Shown here piece by piece: positions 39,391 to 49,079 of a stretch of 64,000 bases of DNA; position 1 is the first letter of the stretch, and each line of letters starts with the position of its first letter. The notes under the pieces were generated by a model. The model did no database searches, was not told where the DNA came from, and was given only the letters and a program-made list of their open reading frames with translations. Origin of the DNA: a virus; the IMG/VR virus record IMGVR_UViG_3300045141_000130, positions 1-64,000 of that record. The stretch is one strand, 5' to 3'. The position numbers were made by a program, and so were the translations under genes.

Positions 39391-39750
39391 TCATGCCTTC
39401 ACGCTCCCACCGGTGTCCACCCGCACGGGCCAATCCCACTGGCCGAGCCCTCCGCCCTGGGCGACGGAGTATTCGCGGTAGTCGCGGCCCAGGCCGTGCA
39501 CGAGGAGGTCGACGGTGGTGTCGTCGGGCAGCACGTCTTCGACGCCGGGCGGGCGGGGCGTGGTGGCGTGCCGGACGTCGGGGTCGGTGGCGGATTGCAC
39601 GGTGCGCGGCTCCGGCCCCCAGCGTTGCGACACGGCGGGCACGCAGGTGTCCTTGGTGCGGATCACCACGGCGGGCGAGAGGACGTCATTGCCGGGCCCG
39701 TTGTCGATCTTGGAGCGGTACAGCACGATGCGGCCGAGGGTGGGGTTCAC
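39391..39750 (-). CDS. Conserved-looking phage hypothetical protein (MNPTLGRIVLY...WDWP)
   Basis: AAGGAG RBS; PTLGRIV.Y and W.WP motifs common in small phage proteins. Confidence 0.65.
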   Translation of the reverse strand: MNPTLGRIVLYRSKIDNGPGNDVLSPAVVIRTKDTCVPAVSQRWGPEPRTVQSATDPDVRHATTPRPPGVEDVLPDDTTVDLLVHGLGRDYREYSVAQGGGLGQWDWPVRVDTGGSVKA

Positions 39751-40010
39751 GTGGGCTCCTTGGGTCGGGTGACGGCGCAGCAGATCTCGATGGTGACGGG
39801 CACGGTGAGCGCGTTGGCGCCGTCGAGCAGGATCAGGCTGTCCTCGCCGTAGCGGTACTCGTAGCCTCGCAGGCGTAGGTGGCATTCGGTGCGGGCGCCG
39901 AGGGTGACCAGCTGGCTGCTGGTGATCTCCCAGGTGCCGACCTGGACGCTGCCGAGCCCCATCGCCGTGGTGAGTTCGTGGGGCCCGCCCGGATCACAGG
40001 GGGAGTGCAT
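39747..40010 (-). CDS. Hypothetical protein
   Basis: Coupled ORF, GGAGG RBS. Confidence 0.5.
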   Translation of the reverse strand: MHSPCDPGGPHELTTAMGLGSVQVGTWEITSSQLVTLGARTECHLRLRGYEYRYGEDSLILLDGANALTVPVTIEICCAVTRPKEPT

Positions 40011-40195
40011 CAGTCCTCCGTGATCTTGAGTGCGTCGACGGCGGCAAGCAGTGCCAGTTCGGTGCGATCCAGGTCGGCGTAGGCCGCATCGAGGGGGCTA
40101 TCGCCGCGCATGACGGACCGGTGGGCCTTGGCCCACTCCTGCGCAGCCACCACGACGGCGGAGACCGAGTTCACGAACGGGACTCCGGTCAACAT
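40010..40195 (-). CDS. Hypothetical protein
   Basis: Coupled ORF. Confidence 0.5.
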   Translation of the reverse strand: MLTGVPFVNSVSAVVVAAQEWAKAHRSVMRGDSPLDAAYADLDRTELALLAAVDALKITED

Positions 40196-40250
40196 CAGTA
40201 GTCCTTCCGACGCGGGTGCCTCTGGTTGTCATGCCCCCAGGGTCGCCCTG

Positions 40251-40757
40251 TCAGCCGGGGCGATAGACCCATGCGAGGCTTGTGGGCGAGACCCAGTCGC
40301 GCTTGTAGCGGCTGGTGTGGGCGGCCTCGACGGGGTAGTTCTCGTAGTTCTTGGTCCACCTGAGCGGTTCGCTCTGCTCGGGCAGGACGATCTCGGGCGG
40401 TGGCCAGCCGCGGTTGTTGCGCCGCAGTCCGTCGATGCGCATGCCGTCGCTGCGCCCGCCCCAGATCTCGACGGGCAGGAAGCCTTTGGTCTGGGCGACG
40501 ATGACGCGGGCGACGGCTTCGCGCACGTCTTCGGGGATGAGTTGGGCGAGTGCCTGGTCGACGACGGTGAGGGTGGCCTCGTCGGGGAGGTCTTCGACGG
40601 TGACCGCGGTGAGGTGTTGCACGGTGGTGGTGCCGCGTGCGATCCAGGCGACGTCGATGATGTCGGCGTGCTTGGAGCGATCGTGTTGGCGGGTGACGTT
40701 GAGTTGGTGTCCCATCGCATTGAGGGCGTCGAGCACGAGTTGGCCGTTGATATCCAT
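40251..40757 (-). CDS. Hypothetical protein
   Basis: GGAGG RBS; protein-like composition. Confidence 0.6.
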   Translation of the reverse strand: MDINGQLVLDALNAMGHQLNVTRQHDRSKHADIIDVAWIARGTTTVQHLTAVTVEDLPDEATLTVVDQALAQLIPEDVREAVARVIVAQTKGFLPVEIWGGRSDGMRIDGLRRNNRGWPPPEIVLPEQSEPLRWTKNYENYPVEAAHTSRYKRDWVSPTSLAWVYRPG

Positions 40758-40793
40758 GCGGTAAGGCCTCCTGACCGATGTTTCGTCGGTCTG

Positions 40794-41297
40794 CTAAGCG
40801 ATCTTGTCTGGTTGGGCGGTCTTGTCGGCGGCGAGGACGGCGAGCGCGTAGGCACTCCAGACGTCCTGGGCGAAGCCGTAGAACCACCCTGGTGCCCCTT
40901 TTGTCCCTTTGCCGTGGTTGCGCGTGCCGGTGGCGAACCTGTCGACGAGGGCCTGACGGATGGTGGCGTCCCCGGCGTTGACGGAGTGGCAGAAGTGCAT
41001 CTTGACGGCCATCCGTTCGATGAGTTCGCAGGGCACCCTGGCACGGTCGAGGGCCTCGAAGAACCGGCCGATCCACAGCACGGTGGTGAAGACCTCCTTG
41101 CCGACGGGCATGCCGTAGCTGGCGACCATCTCGATGACGGCGATGTCGGGCTGTTCGGCCCTGGGCCGGTAGCGCAGCATGGGCAGCAGTTCGGAGTTGG
41201 GGATCTTGGCGTGGGCGAGCGGCCGGTAGCTGTCGGTGTCGAGGTAGGCGTAGCCGCTCTGGGTGGGGCCTGGGTCGATGGCCAGGACGATGGACAT
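40794..41297 (-). CDS. RuvC-like Holliday junction resolvase
   Basis: VLAIDPG, AVIE and DVWSAYALA RNase H-fold motifs; GAGGAG RBS. Confidence 0.8.
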   Translation of the reverse strand: MSIVLAIDPGPTQSGYAYLDTDSYRPLAHAKIPNSELLPMLRYRPRAEQPDIAVIEMVASYGMPVGKEVFTTVLWIGRFFEALDRARVPCELIERMAVKMHFCHSVNAGDATIRQALVDRFATGTRNHGKGTKGAPGWFYGFAQDVWSAYALAVLAADKTAQPDKIA

Positions 41298-41305
41298 CGT
41301 GCTCC

Positions 41306-41725
41306 TCAAAACGGGATGTCGTCGAATGTGTGGACGGGCTTCGGGGGCTCTTTGAGCATCGTCGCAGCCCAGGGAAGTGGCGGGGGGACGCCGCACTGGT
41401 GGGCGGCGAGCACGTCCACGCCGGGGCTGGCACCCGCGGGGCGTTCCTTGCGCCGCCACTGGTCACGGCTGTCCAGGTCGTAGTGGGGGTGCAGGTGTCG
41501 CAGTTCGTAGGTGGCACGCCCCATGAGCAGGCACACGGCCTCGGCTGCCGCCGTCAGCGGCCAGGGGTCCACGTCCACCGAGATGGCCATGGGGAAGGCG
41601 GTGAGCCCGCGCAGGACTGGTTTGCGGCAGCCGGTGCAGGTGCGTGCCGCGGTGTTGCGGGAGGCCGCTGTGGCCGCGTCGATCCAGCCCGCCTGGTCGA
41701 GGCGGTCCACGAGCCATTGCGGCAT
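41306..41725 (-). CDS. Zn-binding hypothetical protein following the primase/helicase
   Basis: CxxC...HxC; start uncertain (41725 or 41839). Confidence 0.6.
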   Translation of the reverse strand: MPQWLVDRLDQAGWIDAATAASRNTAARTCTGCRKPVLRGLTAFPMAISVDVDPWPLTAAAEAVCLLMGRATYELRHLHPHYDLDSRDQWRRKERPAGASPGVDVLAAHQCGVPPPLPWAATMLKEPPKPVHTFDDIPF

Positions 41726-41838
41726 TTCTTGTGATTCACGATTCTTGTTGAATGCGGCGGACAACTGGACGCTCCTAACGAGTCGGATGAGGCCATTTCG
41801 TGGTGCCCGCCATTTGTCCGGCGGTTTGGCCCGGGGCA

Positions 41839-44292
41839 CTATTCCTCCGCTGCGGGGTCGATGACCTCACCGGTGTCGGCGTTGATGAGGTGACCCTCGT
41901 CGTCGATGGTGACGTTGTCGTAGGTCCGCTGGCCCGCTTCTGAGGCGAGGTCAGGCCCTTCAAGATCATCAAACAGACCCCCGGGACCTCGCCTCTCGCC
42001 TCTCGACGAAGTCGAGGTTAGGCGAGGTGGGCGAGAAGACCCTCCGGCGACCTCGCCCGGCGAGGTCGAGGCGAGGTCAGGCGAGGTAGGCGAGGTGGTC
42101 CTGCCACTGAAGGGATCTATCCGGTATGCCCGGATCGAGGTGTGCTCGATGGAGCGCCCGACACGCTCCTGACCGATGTAGCCCTCGATGACCAGCCGGT
42201 CGATGGCATCGCGTTTGGTGTCGGTGGCAGCACCCCGGACCGCCCTTTCTATGGCCGCACCGGATACCGGTCCATCCATTCTTTCGAGGAACTCGGAAAT
42301 GGCCTGCATCAATGGCTGCAGGGCCGGGTCGGTGCCGCGCACCGGTATGCGGGTGGCCGGTTCGATGCGGATGGTGACGTGGCCGGTGACGGGGTCGGAG
42401 TTGAGGTGTGCGGTGCCCAGGACGCTGGTGCCCGGCGGGCAGTGGCCACGGACCACACCGGAGCGGTCCTTGTCGACGGTCAGTTGCACCTCGCCGTGCT
42501 GACCCTCCCCGAACACCCGTTCCACTTTGACCTTGATGGCACAGCCGGTGGTCATGGCCCTCTTGGCCTGGGCGCCGATGGCACCGGCCAGGTCGTTGTC
42601 CGCCTTGGGCAGGTGGTCGACGTAGGACACGGCCGCCCCGGTGCGGGCGATGGGCTTGAGGATCTTCTGGCTGAACATGGTGGCGTCCTTGTTGGACAGC
42701 AGGTCCCAGCCGTTGAGCGTCATACAGGCGTTCACACCGTCCATCACGACCAGCTGTGGCCGGAAGTCGCCGAGCATCTCGGCGAGCATCCGCTCGGCGA
42801 CGGCGTCGAAGGCCCGGTCCGGGTTGATGTAGGCGATGCCCGACCAGATCTGCTCCCTGGTCAGGCCCAGGTGGACCAGGCGCCCGGTGATGCCACGCCA
42901 GCCGTCCTCGAAGTCGACGTAGGCGACGGGTATCCCGGCCTCGACGGCCTGCCTGACGCCTTCGAGCATGATCCAGGTCTTGGCCGATTCGGAGGCTCCG
43001 ATGATGCCGTTGACCCTGCCCGGATAGAACAGGGCCAGGCCGTTGGTGAGGCGGAGGAACTCGGGTGGCGGCTCGGAGATGTCGCCCTGCAGGAGGCTCT
43101 GAAGGTCGGCCCGGGCCCAGCTGTCAGGCTCCGCGACCTCGCCTGGGACTTCAGGCGAGGTCGGGCGAGGTTGGGTGGTGGTTGTGGCTGTATTCGCAGC
43201 TAGGAGCATTGCGATGACCTCGCCTGTCGGGTCAGGCGAGGTCGAGGCGAGGTCAGGCGAGGTCGAGTCGACCACCCGTTGGGTTCGTGGTGGCACCCGC
43301 AGCGTGGCGATGACAGGTGGGCAGGGGTCGCCCTCGGTCATGGTGATCTCGGGGTTGCCTGCGACGATGCGCACCGCACCGGTGACGATGCGGCCCCACT
43401 CGCTGCTGGCCTCGCGCAGGGTGCGGGAGTTGTCCCCGACGACGTTGCGGATGAAGCTGGCCCGCAGCCTGTCCAGGGCGACGCTGGTGCCGGTGTGCCC
43501 CTGCTCCCCGAAGCGGATGACGGCCAGCACCTGGTTACGGGTGGTGTCGTGGCGTGAGTCGCCGTGGGTGGTGATGGCCTGGACCGCCCTGGCCGTCCAC
43601 TCGGCCATGAACGTGCACATGGCGGTGTTGTGGTTGGGCAGCTGCCCGATCCACGTCCAGGACTGGTCGTTGTCAAGGTCGGCCCTGGCCTGCGCGACGT
43701 GCTGGCCCAGGGACAGGCCGATGATCCATTCCACCGGCAGCGGCGGCATGTCGGCGGGGCCGGGGATGGTGGTGGAGGTCAGGCCCTCCCGGGTGATCCA
43801 GCGGTAGGGCCGCTGCTCCGGGTGCAGCGAGGGTGCCACCACCGCGTACCGGTGTCCGCGATGGACGAGTTCGACACCACCGCCGGGCAGCACACCCGGC
43901 CATTCGAGGCCTGGCGGCACCCGGAAGAACCGGATGCCAGAGATGCCATCGTCACGGCTGGTGGACCGCCAGGTGGGTGGCAGGACCCCCCACTTGGCCT
44001 CACACTCCTCCAACGTCAACCGGCCGCGCTTGTCGCCGTAGGAGTCCACGTCGATGCCGAGCACGTCGGGGGGCATGCGCAGTCCCACGTTGGAGTGGGG
44101 GCGGTCCTCGGTCCAGGCCATGACATCGGCGTAGCTGGGCTCGTCGCCCTCCCAGCCGGTCCAGCCTTCCGGTGGTGGGCTCTTGCGCCCGAACGGCAGG
44201 GGCAGGATGCCCCGCCACCCGGCGGTCCAGTACTGCTCGGCGGCTGACTCGTAGGGGCGTGCTGCCGGTTGGTCGGCGGTCGGTTTGGTCAT
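41839..44292 (-). CDS. Bifunctional DNA primase/polymerase fused to an AAA helicase
   Basis: ILPLP..RKSPP, NVGL...GIDVD, YAVVAPSLHP prim-pol motifs; GASESAKT Walker A, YVDFE, VVMDG. Confidence 0.9.
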   Translation of the reverse strand: MTKPTADQPAARPYESAAEQYWTAGWRGILPLPFGRKSPPPEGWTGWEGDEPSYADVMAWTEDRPHSNVGLRMPPDVLGIDVDSYGDKRGRLTLEECEAKWGVLPPTWRSTSRDDGISGIRFFRVPPGLEWPGVLPGGGVELVHRGHRYAVVAPSLHPEQRPYRWITREGLTSTTIPGPADMPPLPVEWIIGLSLGQHVAQARADLDNDQSWTWIGQLPNHNTAMCTFMAEWTARAVQAITTHGDSRHDTTRNQVLAVIRFGEQGHTGTSVALDRLRASFIRNVVGDNSRTLREASSEWGRIVTGAVRIVAGNPEITMTEGDPCPPVIATLRVPPRTQRVVDSTSPDLASTSPDPTGEVIAMLLAANTATTTTQPRPTSPEVPGEVAEPDSWARADLQSLLQGDISEPPPEFLRLTNGLALFYPGRVNGIIGASESAKTWIMLEGVRQAVEAGIPVAYVDFEDGWRGITGRLVHLGLTREQIWSGIAYINPDRAFDAVAERMLAEMLGDFRPQLVVMDGVNACMTLNGWDLLSNKDATMFSQKILKPIARTGAAVSYVDHLPKADNDLAGAIGAQAKRAMTTGCAIKVKVERVFGEGQHGEVQLTVDKDRSGVVRGHCPPGTSVLGTAHLNSDPVTGHVTIRIEPATRIPVRGTDPALQPLMQAISEFLERMDGPVSGAAIERAVRGAATDTKRDAIDRLVIEGYIGQERVGRSIEHTSIRAYRIDPFSGRTTSPTSPDLASTSPGEVAGGSSRPPRLTSTSSRGERRGPGGLFDDLEGPDLASEAGQRTYDNVTIDDEGHLINADTGEVIDPAAEE

Positions 44293-44511
44293 GTCAGGGG
44301 GATCCGATGTTCGATGGCGTGCCGCCGGGGTGGAGCGGGCCCTCGACGGCGGAAACCCTCATCCTCATCCCCGAAACCGTCGGTGGCAACCGACGGACGG
44401 GTGACTACAGATGGGTCAAGGTGTAGGCGATGCCGAGTCCCAGACAGATGCAGGCCGTGCAGAGCAGCACCCACAGGGCTGCCTGCACGGCCCGCCCCCG
44501 CCAGGGGGGCA

Positions 44512-45222
44512 CTACTGGGGGATGGAGCGCACCGCTGCCAGCACGTCCGGCGTGGCCTGCGGCACCGCCGCCCTGATCTGTGCGTCGTCCAGGCCCAGCC
44601 CGATCAGGCCCTTGATCTGGGTGAGCAGCGCCATCGCCTGGTCGTTGGGCACCGGCGCCGGGGTGGCCGTCGGCTGGAGTGCGCTAGCTGTAGCGAACGG
44701 TGCAGCCGGGGTAGACGCGGTAACCCCGGCGTTCGGAGGGTCCGACACCGCGGGTGCAGCAGCCGCCACGGCGTGGCCGTTGCTGGTGTTCTGCTGTACC
44801 GAGAACGGGTCGTGCGGGGCGATCTTGACGGCGTACTGCTTGGCCGGGTTGAGCCGCGGGTTGGTCTCGTTGGGCCGCTCGCCGACGAAGCTGATGGTGA
44901 TGGTGTCGCCGATGGCCATCCGCTGGCCGTTGTCGCCCTGGGCGGAGACCACCGCTGCGAACAGCGAGGACGGCTTGGGGCACCACACGGAGCGCTCCTC
45001 GCCGTTGATCTCGACGTGGAACACGGCGGTCATCATCGGGTTGCCGTCCGGCCAGAACTTCAACTCGTTGGACTCGAAGTCCCGCTGCTGCACCAGGCTG
45101 GGCAGCCGCACCACCTTGCCGACGTAGGTGGTGCCGATGGGGGCGTCCCGGAAGGACAGCGACGGCACGCTCGGCGGCACGTCGAACGGGTCGGGGGGCA
45201 GCGTGGTGTTGGGACTGGTCAT
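44512..45222 (-). CDS. ssDNA-binding protein (putative)
   Basis: QQRDFE...FWPDGNPMM...G.TITI.F.GE...KQYAV pattern; position between Cas4-like and primase genes. Confidence 0.65.
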   Translation of the reverse strand: MTSPNTTLPPDPFDVPPSVPSLSFRDAPIGTTYVGKVVRLPSLVQQRDFESNELKFWPDGNPMMTAVFHVEINGEERSVWCPKPSSLFAAVVSAQGDNGQRMAIGDTITISFVGERPNETNPRLNPAKQYAVKIAPHDPFSVQQNTSNGHAVAAAAPAVSDPPNAGVTASTPAAPFATASALQPTATPAPVPNDQAMALLTQIKGLIGLGLDDAQIRAAVPQATPDVLAAVRSIPQ

Positions 45223-45244
45223 GGTCTGTGTTCCTCCCACGGAA

Positions 45245-45982
45245 CTAGAACGAGAGCGCGAACGGATTGTCCGCGCTCGCCACCCGGGGCTGTCCCGGGC
45301 GGATCTTGCTGGGGTCGTGGCAGGTGCGGCACCACTCGTCGTCGCACGGCGGGTAGGCCTCCATCGCCGCCTTCGCCCCCAAGGTCTGGGCCTGCCGCAG
45401 CAGGCCGTCGGCTCGCAGCAGGGCGAGCAGGCCGAGCAGCGGTTCGTACGGTGCGGACCAGGAGAAGCCGTCGTGCAACTCCCCGTCCCGCGGCAGGAAC
45501 TCGATCATCACCCGTTTGACGGTGTAGCCGAGGGTGGCATATCCGAGTCCGTACAGCTGGGCCTGGGTGATGTACTTGGCGCCCGGTCCGAACCGCTTGT
45601 GCTTGTTCATGGTGGTCTTGCCCTTGGACTTCCAGTCGACGACCGTGCCCGAGGGGATGTGGAACAGGTCGCACCGTCCGACGATGGGCTCGCCGCCGAT
45701 GTAGCCGACCATCACGTCCTTCTCGGTGATGAAGTCCGGGTCGTTGAACATGGGTTCCAGGTCGGCATGGATCGCAGTCCCCACCTCTGCTTTCCAGTTT
45801 GGTTTCTCCGGCTTCTGGGGCGTGTTCGTCAGCCTGGCGATCAGGGCCCGGTTGCAGGGGTCCCCGACCTCCGATGGGCCTATCGCCTTCTGCACGTCGC
45901 GGGGCCGGGACTTGACGAAGTGCCCGATCCGCCCGATCAGTAGCTCGTGCAGGTCTAGCCCCTGCGGCGCAGGACTATCCAT
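45245..45982 (-). CDS. Cas4-like PD-(D/E)XK exonuclease
   Basis: IGPSEVGDPC.R, GTAIH, GRCD, VVDWK, QAQLYGLG and C-terminal Cys cluster. Confidence 0.85.
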   Translation of the reverse strand: MDSPAPQGLDLHELLIGRIGHFVKSRPRDVQKAIGPSEVGDPCNRALIARLTNTPQKPEKPNWKAEVGTAIHADLEPMFNDPDFITEKDVMVGYIGGEPIVGRCDLFHIPSGTVVDWKSKGKTTMNKHKRFGPGAKYITQAQLYGLGYATLGYTVKRVMIEFLPRDGELHDGFSWSAPYEPLLGLLALLRADGLLRQAQTLGAKAAMEAYPPCDDEWCRTCHDPSKIRPGQPRVASADNPFALSF

Positions 45983-46275
45983 GTCGTCTCCCCCTTCTGG
46001 CACCGCGAGGCGATCCTCTCGGTGAGCCACTCTGCCGCAGCGGGCAGACAGACCGGCAATGCGAACAGCCGGGCCGCCTCCCACTCGGTGTCCGCCGTCA
46101 AGGTTTTGACGATGTAGAAGTCGGCCCGCTTCGGCCAGTCCTTCTCGCTGTCGTGGACGGACAGGGTGGCCCGGCCCGGGATGCATTCCCGCACCATGGG
46201 CGGCACGGAGGCCTTGGGCCCCCACACGCTGACCCGGCCCAGTTTCAGGTCGACGGACGGCTGGTAGCTGGGCAT
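45955..46275 (-). CDS. Hypothetical protein
   Basis: Coupled start (TGATG). Confidence 0.5.
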   Translation of the reverse strand: MPSYQPSVDLKLGRVSVWGPKASVPPMVRECIPGRATLSVHDSEKDWPKRADFYIVKTLTADTEWEAARLFALPVCLPAAAEWLTERIASRCQKGETTWIVLRRRG

Positions 46276-46694
46276 CAGATGGTCCCGAGCGCACCGAAGT
46301 TGGGCATCATGGGCTCGCCTGATGCCTTGCCCCACAGGTGCAGGGCGTCGGCCCGGAGGTTGACGTGCTCGTCCTCCGGTGCGAACACCTGGTAGGCCCA
46401 GCGCCGCCGCCCGTACACGGCCCGGTGCAGCAGGCACAGGTCCTCGTAGGTGGGTATGCCTGGCAGGCTGATGCTGGCGTGCAGGTACTCGGTGGGGTCG
46501 CCCAAGGCGTCGGACTGGGACACGATGATGGAGCCCATCCGCCCGTCGGGCATCATCACGGTCAGCGCGATCCCGGACGGGCCGTAGTTCAGACGCTGGC
46601 GGATCTTCACCCCCGCAGCGGCCAACTCGTCGAAGAAGCTGTGGTTGAGGGCGAAGGGCAGGACCGGGGTGACCGCGGCCTTACCTTTGGTCAT
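46275..46694 (-). CDS. Conserved phage hypothetical protein (HASIS...PTYEDL...HVN...LHLW)
   Basis: Recognisable His-rich motif; AAGGAG RBS. Confidence 0.7.
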   Translation of the reverse strand: MTKGKAAVTPVLPFALNHSFFDELAAAGVKIRQRLNYGPSGIALTVMMPDGRMGSIIVSQSDALGDPTEYLHASISLPGIPTYEDLCLLHRAVYGRRRWAYQVFAPEDEHVNLRADALHLWGKASGEPMMPNFGALGTI

Positions 46695-46902
46695 CGGGTC
46701 TCCTTGTGGATGTAGGGGCCGGTGAGGTCCCGCCAGGTGGTCTGCGGGACGTAGTCGGCCGGGTAGCCCCACACGTCGTGGTCGCTGTAGTCCTCGACGG
46801 CCGGGGTCTGCCGCTCCCCGCAGGTGAGGCACTGGGTGTACTGGTCGAAGGTCTTCCAGGTGTGGGCCCAGAAGTGCATGCAGAAGCTCTCGCGCTCGAC
46901 GC

Positions 46903-47226
46903 TCATCCAGCGACCCACACGGCCAGGACGCGGGCGTGACTGGACGGTCGGGCGCATTTGGCGTACCCGATGCGACGTATCAGCCGGGCCTTCGCCGCCG
47001 CGGAGAACACCGCGCCGACGGCATTGTTCCGGTTGGTGCCCTCGGCGGGACGGGGCAGCCCGACCAGCCGGACCAGGTCCTCGGAGGTGAACGCCGCCCC
47101 GGTGGCGACGAGCGCCACGATCCCGGCCCGGGCGACGTCGGACCAGTCGGGGACGGCGTTGCGGGCCAGTTCCATCCCCGAATCCTTCAGCGCCTCCCCG
47201 TCCGGGTCGAACAGCGGGTAGGTCAC
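46903..47226 (-). CDS. Hypothetical, possibly winged-helix protein
   Basis: FTSEDL...NAVGAVF..AAK..LI...SSH.R...VW motif. Confidence 0.65.
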   Translation of the reverse strand: MTYPLFDPDGEALKDSGMELARNAVPDWSDVARAGIVALVATGAAFTSEDLVRLVGLPRPAEGTNRNNAVGAVFSAAAKARLIRRIGYAKCARPSSHARVLAVWVAG

Positions 47227-47507
47227 GTCATCACGCCTTCCATCGCCTCGGCGATCGGCACCAAGCAGAGGAAGATGCGGTCGACCGCCTCGGTGTAGCT
47301 GTCGGGTACCGGGGACAGGGACAGGATCTTCAGGTCGATGAGGGCCTGCAGGACGGCGTCGCCGACCTTGCGCAGCGCAGCGTTCTCGGCCCGCAGCCGG
47401 TCCAGTTCGCTGGGCACCGGGGGTCCGGCACCCAGCGCGTTGACAGCCTGCTGGGCGCGGGCCGACCGGGTGAAGGCGTCCATGAACTGGTTCAGGTCGT
47501 CAGGCAT
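47223..47507 (-). CDS. Hypothetical protein
   Basis: Coupled ORF. Confidence 0.5.
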   Translation of the reverse strand: MPDDLNQFMDAFTRSARAQQAVNALGAGPPVPSELDRLRAENAALRKVGDAVLQALIDLKILSLSPVPDSYTEAVDRIFLCLVPIAEAMEGVMT

Positions 47508-47878
47508 CAGATGCGCCGCACGACGGGGCGGTCGCCCGCCACCAGGCACAGTTCGACCAGGGCGCCGGGCAGCAGCGCATCGGCCTGCTTGCGGTCGGGC
47601 ACCATGACGCTGATGGCCTGCAGTTGCGCGGGGGTGAGCACCTTGCGGGCCTGGTTGACGTCCCAACGCCGGGCCGGGCGGGACACGGTGACGCCGACGC
47701 CTTTCACGACCTCGTGGCGTCCGCCGGGGCCGAGGATGCTGGCGATCTCGCCTGCGATCTCGCGCTTGCGGTCCTCGTACTTCTCCAGCGCGGACGAGAC
47801 GTCCAGGTATTCGTTGACGATGTCGTCGAGCAGTTGCCTGTGGGCGCGCTCGGCGAGTTGTTCGACGGTCTCGGTCAT
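47507..47878 (-). CDS. Hypothetical protein
   Basis: AAGGAG RBS. Confidence 0.65.
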   Translation of the reverse strand: MTETVEQLAERAHRQLLDDIVNEYLDVSSALEKYEDRKREIAGEIASILGPGGRHEVVKGVGVTVSRPARRWDVNQARKVLTPAQLQAISVMVPDRKQADALLPGALVELCLVAGDRPVVRRI

Positions 47879-48069
47879 GATGTGGGCTCCTTGAAGGCGT
47901 CGTAGGTGCCGTTGGATCGGATGAGGTGTTCGATGGCGTCGACGATGGCCAGCAGGGCGTTGACCTGGGCGCGGGCCATCATGATCTGGATGACTGCCGT
48001 GCTGGCGGTCATCCGGGTGGAGTCCATCTCCATCTGGGCGAGGGTGTAGTGGTCCTCGGGGTCGGTCAT
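47875..48069 (-). CDS. Hypothetical protein
   Basis: GGGAG RBS, coupled. Confidence 0.55.
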   Translation of the reverse strand: MTDPEDHYTLAQMEMDSTRMTASTAVIQIMMARAQVNALLAIVDAIEHLIRSNGTYDAFKEPTS

Positions 48070-48281
48070 CGGTCTGACTCCCTGTGTCGGGTTTGGGCGT
48101 TGATGTGGACGAGCACGTCGTGCCAGCCCGCCATCGCCCGGTAACGGCGGCGCCGTCGATGCCAAATCTTCATACGTGAAAGCCACGACATTGGGTTATC
48201 CTTTCCTCGGAGCGCAGTGGCACTTAGGCCCCGCAGTGGTATGAGCCCGACCGGTTTCATCCGATGGATCGGTCACCGGCC

Positions 48282-48482
48282 TCACTGGGGGGCCTTCGTG
48301 TTTTCGCGGTACTCCCACACCTGGGGGGCGGACAGCAGAAACGGCCCGGTCGCCGTGTCGAGCGGCTTCCAGGCCGTGAGTGTCCCTCGGTGGATGAGTC
48401 TGCGGACGGTTTGCGTGCTGCAGCCCAGGAGGACGGATGCCTGCTGCACCGTCATCGTGGACTTCGGGGGGGAGTGAGTCAT
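48282..48482 (-). CDS. Excisionase-like / MerR-type HTH DNA-binding protein
   Basis: MTVQQASVLLGCSTQTVRRLIHRGTL.A.K. Confidence 0.8.
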   Translation of the reverse strand: MTHSPPKSTMTVQQASVLLGCSTQTVRRLIHRGTLTAWKPLDTATGPFLLSAPQVWEYRENTKAPQ

Positions 48483-48542
48483 CCGTCGAGGCTATATATA
48501 TGTGTTGCAGCTGCGACAGCCCCGAACGGGTGATTTTGAGGA

Positions 48543-49079
48543 CTACCCCTCGCGCTCCTTCGCAGCAGCCTGCAACTGCTTGACGTACTCGACCGGGTCC
48601 GCACTGATCACCAGCGTCTCGCGGGTGATGACCGTGTCGCCGTCCGTCAGCCGCTGCACCCGCTCCAGCTGCTGCAAGGTGCGCAGCAACACCGCGGCTG
48701 CCTTCTCGTCATGGCCCTTGGTGCCCAACTCCCACCACTCGTTGAGGATCACCTCGTAGCGGTCCACCTGCATCTGCAGGGCCTCCGCCAGGTGGGTGAC
48801 CGAGGCGTTGCGGGCCGCCTTCTGCAGGTAGGTGGACACCGCCATGGCCGCCGAGTTGCCGCTGCCGTAGCCGGTCTTCTTCGCCACCTCCGGCCAGGCC
48901 ACCCCCGCCATGCGCAGCTTGTAGGCCTCGAACGGGGCGTCGAACGGCGCGTCGCCGTTCAGGCCCGCCATCTTGTCGCGGTCCGCGTCGCTGATCTCCC
49001 GGCCCTTCGCCGAGATCGCCACCGGTCCCACCGTGGCGATCGGCTCCACGCCCCGCTTCCCGGCGCCTACCCGAGCCAT
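48543..49079 (-). CDS. HTH DNA-binding protein (possible small terminase)
   Basis: AYKLRMAGVAWPEVAKKTGY HTH followed by a helical region. Confidence 0.6.
   Translation of the reverse strand: MARVGAGKRGVEPIATVGPVAISAKGREISDADRDKMAGLNGDAPFDAPFEAYKLRMAGVAWPEVAKKTGYGSGNSAAMAVSTYLQKAARNASVTHLAEALQMQVDRYEVILNEWWELGTKGHDEKAAAVLLRTLQQLERVQRLTDGDTVITRETLVISADPVEYVKQLQAAAKEREG

Noticed and set aside
45245-45982. Cas4-like gene as part of the RNA-guided system
   Set aside because: Sits in the replication operon beside SSB and primase on the opposite strand, the usual context for stand-alone actinophage Cas4-like exonucleases; no evidence of linkage
48282-48482. Evidence for an integrated prophage or lysogeny module
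   Set aside because: Only an excisionase-like HTH is seen; no integrase, att site or host genes in the window
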